A DNA stretch of 64,000 nt from Spirochaetia bacterium (GTDB lineage Bacteria; Spirochaetota; Spirochaetia; SZUA-6; Bin103), in contig OZ241907.1 in assembly GCA_965203515.1 (NCBI GenBank), positions 1,088,001 to 1,152,000 of the forward strand, written 5' to 3'. The stretch's first letter is position 1; the number at the start of each line of letters is the position of its first letter. The position numbers and the translations under genes were made by a program. The notes beneath the pieces are model-generated. The model was not told the origin of the DNA, did no database searches, and saw only the letters and a program-made list of their open reading frames with translations. Of the stretch, positions 57,796 to 64,000 are shown piece after piece.

Positions 57796-58065
57796 ATGGG
57801 ATTGACCAAAGAGGAAAAGGCAGAGATCGTAACCGGGTTCGGCGCCGGTGACGCCGATACCGGAGCTACGGCGGTGCAGGTAGCGTTGCTCACCCGCCGG
57901 ATCACCCAACTCACCGAACACTTCAAGACGCACCCCAAGGACCACACCTCCCGCCACGGCCTCCACCGGATGGTCGGGCAGCGGCGTCGGCTCATGGGAT
58001 ATCTCAGCCGCACGGACGCAGCTACGTACCGGAACCTGCTCGAACAGCTGAACCTGAGAAAGTAG
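57796..58065 (+). CDS. rpsO: 30S ribosomal protein S15
   Basis: DTGATAVQVALLT, HFKTHPKDHTSRHGL, LNLRK. Confidence 0.97.
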   Translation: MGLTKEEKAEIVTGFGAGDADTGATAVQVALLTRRITQLTEHFKTHPKDHTSRHGLHRMVGQRRRLMGYLSRTDAATYRNLLEQLNLRK

Positions 58066-58111
58066 CGGCGGGCGGCACGGCGCCGCGGGAACCGCGACGC
58101 AAGGAAGCAAC

Positions 58112-60415
58112 ATGGCACATACCGTAGAACTGAGGGTCGGCGACGAAACGCTGACGCTTGAGACCGGCCGCCTGGCCAAGCAGGCCAATGGCGCGGTCTA
58201 CGCACAATATGCAGGCTCTGCCGTCCTGGCGACGGTCTGCTGCTCCGCGAAGGAGATCGAGGGGCTCGACTACGTACCCTTGCAGGTGGAGTACAACGAA
58301 AAGGCATACGCGTCGGGCAAGATTCCCGGGTCGATATTCCGCCGCGAAGGCAGGCCCCGGGACCGTGAGATACTGGTCTCCCGCCTGATCGATCGGCCCA
58401 TGCGGCCGCTGTTCCACAAGTCGTTCAGCCGCGACATCCAGGTGATTCCCACCGTGATCTCGGCGGATCAGGTCAACCCGCCCGACGTGCTGGCGATCGT
58501 GGCCGCATCCGCGGCCGTGACCGTCTCCGACGTACCGTTCCAGGGACCGGTCGGCGGGGTGCGGGTAGCCGTGCTGGACGGCGCCATCGTGGTGAACCCC
58601 ACGCACGATCAGATCGAGACCGCTCAGCTCGACATCGTGGTGGCGGGCACGCGCGACGGCATCACCATGGTCGAAGGCGGCGCCGACGAAGTCGACGAAG
58701 AGACGATGATCGCCTGCATCGAGCGCGCGCACCAGGTGATCGTCGAGCTCTGCGACGCGCAGCTCCGGCTGGCGGAGATGAGCGGCCGTCCGAAGCTGCC
58801 GCTGCCCGAGGCGCCGGTCTCGGAGGCGGAGGAGGAGGTCGGCGCGTGGATCCGTCCGAAGATGGAGCAGGCATGCTTCGTCAAGGGCAAGGAGGCGCGG
58901 TACGCGGCGATCCGGCAGGTGAAGCAGGAGACCTTCGACCGGTTCGCCGATCGGTTCGGCGATGCCGGCACGGAGAAGATCGAGGCGTTGCTGGAGAAGA
59001 TCGAGACCGACGTGGTGCGCACGTCGATCCTGGACCATCGCGTGCGCACCGACGGCCGATCGCCCGACGACATCCGCGACATCACGTGTGACGTCGACGT
59101 GCTGCCGCGCGCGCACGGCGCGGCGCTGTTCACGCGCGGCGAGACGCAGGCGCTGGCGGTGACTACGCTCGGCACCGCCAACGACGAGCTGCGCATCCTG
59201 GACGCGCTGGAGACCGACGTCGACCGCAAGAAGCACTTCATGCTCCATTACAACTTCCCGCCGTTCTCGGTCGGAGAGACCGGTCGGCTCGGTACGGGAC
59301 GCCGCGAGACCGGCCACGGCCACTTGGCCGAGCGCGCCCTGGAGCGGGTCATCCCCGGCAAGGAGGAGTTTCCCTACACGGTGCGGGTCGTCTCGGAGAT
59401 ACTGGAAAGCAACGGTTCGTCCTCCATGGCGTCGGTGTGCGGCGGCACGCTGAGCCTGCTCAACGCCGGTGTGCCGATCCGGCGATCGGTCGCCGGTATC
59501 GCGATGGGATTGATCTCCGACGGCGACCGCTTCGTGGTCCTGTCGGACATTCTGGGAGAGGAAGACCATCTCGGCGACATGGACTTCAAGGTCGCCGGCA
59601 CCGAGCAGGGCATCACCGCGTTCCAGATGGACATCAAGATCGCCGGGGTCAACTCGCAACTCCTGCGCGAAGCGCTCGACAAGGCGCGCGCGGGCCGCCT
59701 GAAGATCCTCGAGATCATGCGGCAGACCATGGACCGCCCGCGCGGCGCGGTCTCCGACTTCGCACCAAAGATCATCACCATGCGCATTGAAGTAGACAAG
59801 ATCGGCGCCGTCATCGGTTCCGGCGGCTCCAACATCCGTTCGATCACCGACAGCACCGGGGCCGACGTCAATATCGAGGACGACGGGGTGGTCACGATCT
59901 ATTGCCGCCGCAAGGAGGGAGCGGAGCGCGCCCAACGCCTGGTGGAACAGGCGGTGGAGGAGCCGGAGGTCGGCAAGACCTACGCGGCCCGCGTCACCCG
60001 CATCATGGACTTCGGCGCCTTCATGGAGATACTCCCCGGCAAGGAGGGCCTCTGCCACATATCCCGCCTGACCGCCGATCACGTCGGCCAGGTGGAAGAC
60101 GTGGTCAAGGTGGGGGACGAGGTGCAGGTCAAGCTGATCGAGATCGACCGCATGGGCCGCCTGAACCTGGCGACTCTCGATGCGGTCGGCCCGGACGTGG
60201 AGGAGACCGCCGGCGCCCCGGGGTCGCGGCCGATCGGCGACCCATTGCGCGACCGCATCGGCGGCGGCAGGCGTCCCGGCCCGGGGCGCCGCGACCGATT
60301 CGGGCCCAACCGCAGGGATGGACGCGACGGCCGGCCGCCGCGGTCGAGAAGCATGTCCGGCGGGCGCGGTCCGCGCCGCCGCGGCCGACCCGATGGCGAG
60401 CATCCGGCGGATTGA
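58112..60415 (+). CDS. pnp: Polynucleotide phosphorylase
   Basis: RLIDRPMRPLF, FTRGETQ, LESNGSSSMAS, EDHLGDMDFKVAGT, KH and S1 domains. Confidence 0.98.
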   Translation: MAHTVELRVGDETLTLETGRLAKQANGAVYAQYAGSAVLATVCCSAKEIEGLDYVPLQVEYNEKAYASGKIPGSIFRREGRPRDREILVSRLIDRPMRPLFHKSFSRDIQVIPTVISADQVNPPDVLAIVAASAAVTVSDVPFQGPVGGVRVAVLDGAIVVNPTHDQIETAQLDIVVAGTRDGITMVEGGADEVDEETMIACIERAHQVIVELCDAQLRLAEMSGRPKLPLPEAPVSEAEEEVGAWIRPKMEQACFVKGKEARYAAIRQVKQETFDRFADRFGDAGTEKIEALLEKIETDVVRTSILDHRVRTDGRSPDDIRDITCDVDVLPRAHGAALFTRGETQALAVTTLGTANDELRILDALETDVDRKKHFMLHYNFPPFSVGETGRLGTGRRETGHGHLAERALERVIPGKEEFPYTVRVVSEILESNGSSSMASVCGGTLSLLNAGVPIRRSVAGIAMGLISDGDRFVVLSDILGEEDHLGDMDFKVAGTEQGITAFQMDIKIAGVNSQLLREALDKARAGRLKILEIMRQTMDRPRGAVSDFAPKIITMRIEVDKIGAVIGSGGSNIRSITDSTGADVNIEDDGVVTIYCRRKEGAERAQRLVEQAVEEPEVGKTYAARVTRIMDFGAFMEILPGKEGLCHISRLTADHVGQVEDVVKVGDEVQVKLIEIDRMGRLNLATLDAVGPDVEETAGAPGSRPIGDPLRDRIGGGRRPGPGRRDRFGPNRRDGRDGRPPRSRSMSGGRGPRRRGRPDGEHPAD

Positions 60416-61956
60416 TTCTACCGTCTGAGCCGTCGAGGCACGCCATCCGCGCCGCGCTGATCGCCATCGCACTGTCGGCCGCCGGTTCGGCGGCCGGTCA
60501 GTCGCTCGACCCCGCCGCCGCGCTGACGGAGGCAAGGGCGGCGTTTTCGCGGGGCGATTATGCCGACGCGCTGGCGGTGGTTCGGACCATGCGCATCCGG
60601 GCGCCCAACAGCCGGCATCTGCCGGAAGCGCTGCTGCTCGCCGCCCGCGCCGCGCTGCAGAGCGAGCCGTTTCGCGCCCGGTACTTCCTCGACACGGCAC
60701 GGTCGCACCCGCAAGCGTCTGACGAGACCCGCTTCGAGATCGCCGTCACGGCGGCCGAGATGGCGCGGCGGGACCGCCTGCTGCACCAGGCGCTGCAGGA
60801 GCTGCTGACAGCGCTGCGACTGCCGCCGGCCGGCGTGTCGCCGCTCCGGCTCGATCAGGTGCGGATACAGGCCGCCGAGCTGGCGCTCTACGAGCTGGAC
60901 GACGTGCCGGGCGCCGCCTACCTGGCCATGCAGGTCGTCGAGCCGGAGCGGCTCGAAGCCGCGCAGCGGCGCACGTACGACCGCCTGATCCGGGACGTGC
61001 GCTGGAGCACCATCACTCCCGGCATGCTCGGGCTGCCGGACGCCAACATCTCCGTGATCACCGTCGACGACGACGACGTCTGGATCGGCACGTACAACGG
61101 CGGCGCGTCGCGCTATTCGCAGAGTACCGGGATCGCGCGCCGGTTCACCAGCGGCACCACCGGCGGCGAGCTCTCCGATACCATCCGCGCGATCGAGGTC
61201 GACGGCAACTGGGTGTGGCTGGGCACCTTCGAGGGCCTGTCCGTCTACTCCAAGGCGACCAGCCGTCTCTGGAGGATCGAGCACTTCGGCGCGCCGGGCT
61301 CCGGCCGGCCGGCGATCGGCGTGGTGTCGCTGGCGGGCATCGACGGCGGCATCGCGGCCGGCACGCTCGGCCGCGGGCTGTGGCTGGCCGACGACCCGGA
61401 CGGTGAGTGGAACCGGGTGCAGGACGACGACCTGCTGGGGCCGTTCGTGACCGCGCTGCTGCGCCGCGGCTCCACGCTCTACGTCGGCACGCAGGATCGG
61501 GGCGTCGCCGCCATGGACCTGGAGACGGAACGGCTGCGCCGCCTCGACCGTGTGTGGGCGGCCGGCGTGGTGAACGTGCGCGCGCTGGCGCTCGACAAGG
61601 CCGGGCAGCTCTGGATCGGCACCTACGGCAACGGGCTGTATCGGTGGGACCCGGGCAGCGACGAGATCACCCGCTACTCCACCAGCTCCGGCACGCTCGC
61701 CGACGACTTCGTGCTGGCCGCCGCCGCCGCGCCGGACGCGGACGCGGTCCTGTTCGGAACCTTCGGCGGCGGCGCGTATCGGTATTCGGTCGACGACGCG
61801 GAGTGGGAGCGCTTCGATCTGGACAACGGGTTGCCGGCGATGGACGTCAGCTCGCTGGCGCACGCCGCCCCGTTCACGTACTTCGGCACCCTGGGCCGCG
61901 GCGTGGCGGTCCTGGCCGACTCGCTGCAGTACGCGGCGGACGCGGCTTCCTTCTGA
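60412..61956 (+). CDS. Exported TPR + beta-propeller (Reg_prop-like) protein
   Basis: TTGA overlap with pnp; signal peptide, helical TPR-like region, repeated WIGTYNGG/WLGTFEG/WIGTYGNG/FGTFGGG blades. Confidence 0.75.
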   Translation: MILPSEPSRHAIRAALIAIALSAAGSAAGQSLDPAAALTEARAAFSRGDYADALAVVRTMRIRAPNSRHLPEALLLAARAALQSEPFRARYFLDTARSHPQASDETRFEIAVTAAEMARRDRLLHQALQELLTALRLPPAGVSPLRLDQVRIQAAELALYELDDVPGAAYLAMQVVEPERLEAAQRRTYDRLIRDVRWSTITPGMLGLPDANISVITVDDDDVWIGTYNGGASRYSQSTGIARRFTSGTTGGELSDTIRAIEVDGNWVWLGTFEGLSVYSKATSRLWRIEHFGAPGSGRPAIGVVSLAGIDGGIAAGTLGRGLWLADDPDGEWNRVQDDDLLGPFVTALLRRGSTLYVGTQDRGVAAMDLETERLRRLDRVWAAGVVNVRALALDKAGQLWIGTYGNGLYRWDPGSDEITRYSTSSGTLADDFVLAAAAAPDADAVLFGTFGGGAYRYSVDDAEWERFDLDNGLPAMDVSSLAHAAPFTYFGTLGRGVAVLADSLQYAADAASF

Positions 61957-62029
61957 CGGTCGACCCGGAGCCGAAGGTCGGCCGGGCGCCGAAGGTCGGC
62001 CGGATCGCAGGCCGCGCGGAGGAGGATCG

Positions 62030-63301
62030 GTGCTGGGCGTGATGTCGCGCTACGTGGCGCGCGAGTTCCTGTACGCATTCCTGGTCGCCTTCTGCTTCTT
62101 CTTCTTCGTGTTCGTCGTCAACGTGCTGCTGGTCACCGCCGAGGATATCTTCGCGAACGAGGTGCCGATCGCGGAGGTGGCGCGCATGACGCTGTTCTCC
62201 ACGCCGTTGATCATATTCTTCTCGGCGCCGTTCGGGACGCTGCTGGGCGCGCTCATGGCGGTCAGCCGGCTGTCGGCCGACAACGAGATCATCGCCGTCA
62301 TGGCGGCCGGCATCTCCCTGCCGCGCCTGTTTCTGCCGTTGGCGGCCGCCGGCGTGGTGCTGGCCGCGCTGACCTTCGTCGCCAACGACGTCCTGGTGCC
62401 GGCGAGCACCATCGAGTTCAGCCGCGCCTACCGGCGTATGCTGGTCACCAATCCGTCGGTCGAGCTGGAGGCGTTCACCGTCGAACGCTACCAGGACACC
62501 ACGATAGTGACCGGTTCGATCGACGGCGGCACCATCGACACGCCGCTGATCCTGGACCGGACGGCCGCAGGCGCGCGCCTGATCATCGCCGGCAGCGCCT
62601 CCCTGGGCGTCAGTTCCACCCAGGACGGCGTGATCTCGCTGCACCTGCAGGACGTGTTCTCGCACGTCACGGACGATGACGGGGCCGACCACGAGTACCT
62701 GCGCGCCGACTCCATGGATTACAACATACTGCTGCGTGACGTCAGCCCGTCGCTGAGCGTGGCCGGTCCGCGTGAGATGAGCTCGGTCGACCTGTGGCGC
62801 GAGATACAGGGCATGCGCGAGCGGCTGCGCACCGCCGGCGCCGAGCGCGCCGAGGCGCAGGCCGCCGAACGGTATCGACTGCTCGGCGAGGTCGCCTCGG
62901 CCGAGGACACCGCCGGGACCGACCCCGCGCGCATGGCGGACGAGCGCGACCGGCTCGCCGGCATCGCCGCGCGCTTCGAGCACGACGCGCGCACTACCGC
63001 CTCGGAGCGCGATCTGCACACCTATCGGATGGAGTTTCACCGCAAGTTCGCGATACCGATGGCGTGCCTGGCGTTCGTGAGCCTGTCGCTTCCGTGCGGA
63101 CTGCTGGCGCGGCGGTCCGGCCGCACGTTCGGCTTCCTGATCGGGATCGGCATCTGCTTTCTCTACTGGACGCTGTTGATCCTCGGCGAGTCGAACGCCT
63201 GGCGCGCCGGCATCCCGCCGGCGGTGCCGGCCTGGCTGCCCAACGCCGTAGTGCTGGCGGCGGCGGGGGTGATCGCCGCGGCGGTCCGCCGGTCGCGATG
63301 A
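62030..63301 (+). CDS. lptF: LptF/LptG-family permease (LptF position)
   Basis: RYVAREFL, RLSADNEIIAVMAAGISL, EFHRKFAIP, AWLPN. Confidence 0.88.
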   Translation: MLGVMSRYVAREFLYAFLVAFCFFFFVFVVNVLLVTAEDIFANEVPIAEVARMTLFSTPLIIFFSAPFGTLLGALMAVSRLSADNEIIAVMAAGISLPRLFLPLAAAGVVLAALTFVANDVLVPASTIEFSRAYRRMLVTNPSVELEAFTVERYQDTTIVTGSIDGGTIDTPLILDRTAAGARLIIAGSASLGVSSTQDGVISLHLQDVFSHVTDDDGADHEYLRADSMDYNILLRDVSPSLSVAGPREMSSVDLWREIQGMRERLRTAGAERAEAQAAERYRLLGEVASAEDTAGTDPARMADERDRLAGIAARFEHDARTTASERDLHTYRMEFHRKFAIPMACLAFVSLSLPCGLLARRSGRTFGFLIGIGICFLYWTLLILGESNAWRAGIPPAVPAWLPNAVVLAAAGVIAAAVRRSR

Positions 63302-64000
63302 CGATCCTGCAGCGCATGCTGGTGCGCGCCGTCCTGCCGGTGTTCGCGGCGGCGACGGTGCTCTTCGTGATGATCCTGGTGCTCGTCGACTTGTCGGCCA
63401 AGCTGTCGAGCTTCACGGCGAACGACGTGGGCATCGGCCGGATCCTGAGCATCGCCTGGCTGTACACGCCGACGGCGGTGCGCTACGCCGTGCCGATCGC
63501 CCTGCTGTTCGCGATCACCTATACGATCGGGACCATCCATGCCCGCAACGAGTTGATCGCCGTGCTCGGCGCCGGCGTCGGGTTGCGCCGGTTCATCAGC
63601 CCGCTGCTGCTCATCGGCTTGCTCGCCTGCCCGGCCCTGCTGCTGTTCGACGAGCGGGTCGGCGTCCCGGCGCTGCGCGCGTACCACGAACGGTACCGGG
63701 AGGCGGTCGATCGGCCTCTGTCGCTCAGCAACTCGGACGTGACGGTGATGGATGCCGGCGGCCGCCGCGTCTACCGCGCCGACTACTATGACGACCGCGA
63801 ACGCCTGCTGAACGGGCTGACCATCATCGAGCGCGACGGCGACGGCAGGTTCGCCGGCCGCACCGACGCCTCGCGCGCCGAGTGGATCGGCGACCATTGG
63901 ATGCTCTACGACGTTCGCCGCTACCGATGGGAAGATTCGACCGCGCAACGGATGATCCGGGACGACTTCGCGGAGCGGGCCGACCATCGCATCGCCGCTC
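63298..64000 (+). CDS. lptG: LptF/LptG-family permease (LptG position), 3' truncated by window edge
   Basis: ATGA overlap with lptF; MTILQRML.., AVPIALLFA..HARNELIAVLGAGVGL. Confidence 0.85.
   Translation, partial: MTILQRMLVRAVLPVFAAATVLFVMILVLVDLSAKLSSFTANDVGIGRILSIAWLYTPTAVRYAVPIALLFAITYTIGTIHARNELIAVLGAGVGLRRFISPLLLIGLLACPALLLFDERVGVPALRAYHERYREAVDRPLSLSNSDVTVMDAGGRRVYRADYYDDRERLLNGLTIIERDGDGRFAGRTDASRAEWIGDHWMLYDVRRYRWEDSTAQRMIRDDFAERADHRIAA

Overview
High-GC bacterial chromosomal window, most likely from a member of Spirochaetota. The evidence is the tamB-bamA-skp-(ruvX)-mutS order, the rimP-nusA-infB-rbfA-truB-ribF-rpsO-pnp-lptFG order, the V/A-type ATPase and the cyclophilin-FKBP fusion; this taxonomy is inference. 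Most of the window is housekeeping: a xanthine-dehydrogenase-family Mo-hydroxylase operon with MoaD, a truncated FliG, a complete V-type ATPase operon with a Na+-type K ring, ddl, crtI-crtB, tRNA-Glu(CTC), tmRNA-smpB, lepB, yebC-ruvCAB-queA, tmk, a translationally coupled exbB-exbD-tonB-tamB-bamA block followed by skp, then mutS, comF and the nusA/infB/pnp region. One accessory islet (about 20.87-25.38 kb) abuts the tRNA-Glu 3' end. It holds an orphan DUF1156 adenine methyltransferase, a small membrane-anchored coiled-coil gene, a frameshifted Mu gpF-like fragment, a perfect 32-bp palindrome and a truncated XRE HTH. The most unusual non-gene signal is a 25-bp direct repeat that duplicates the ruvX-stop/mutS-start junction around a 43-bp insert carrying an extended -10 promoter and a 23-codon coupled mini-ORF. 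Three genes (ddl, a hypothetical at 36.5 kb, infB) each appear to lack one base in a short homopolymer, which suggests assembly indel errors and calls for caution with every frameshift here. No CRISPR array, rRNA, transposase or integrase was seen.
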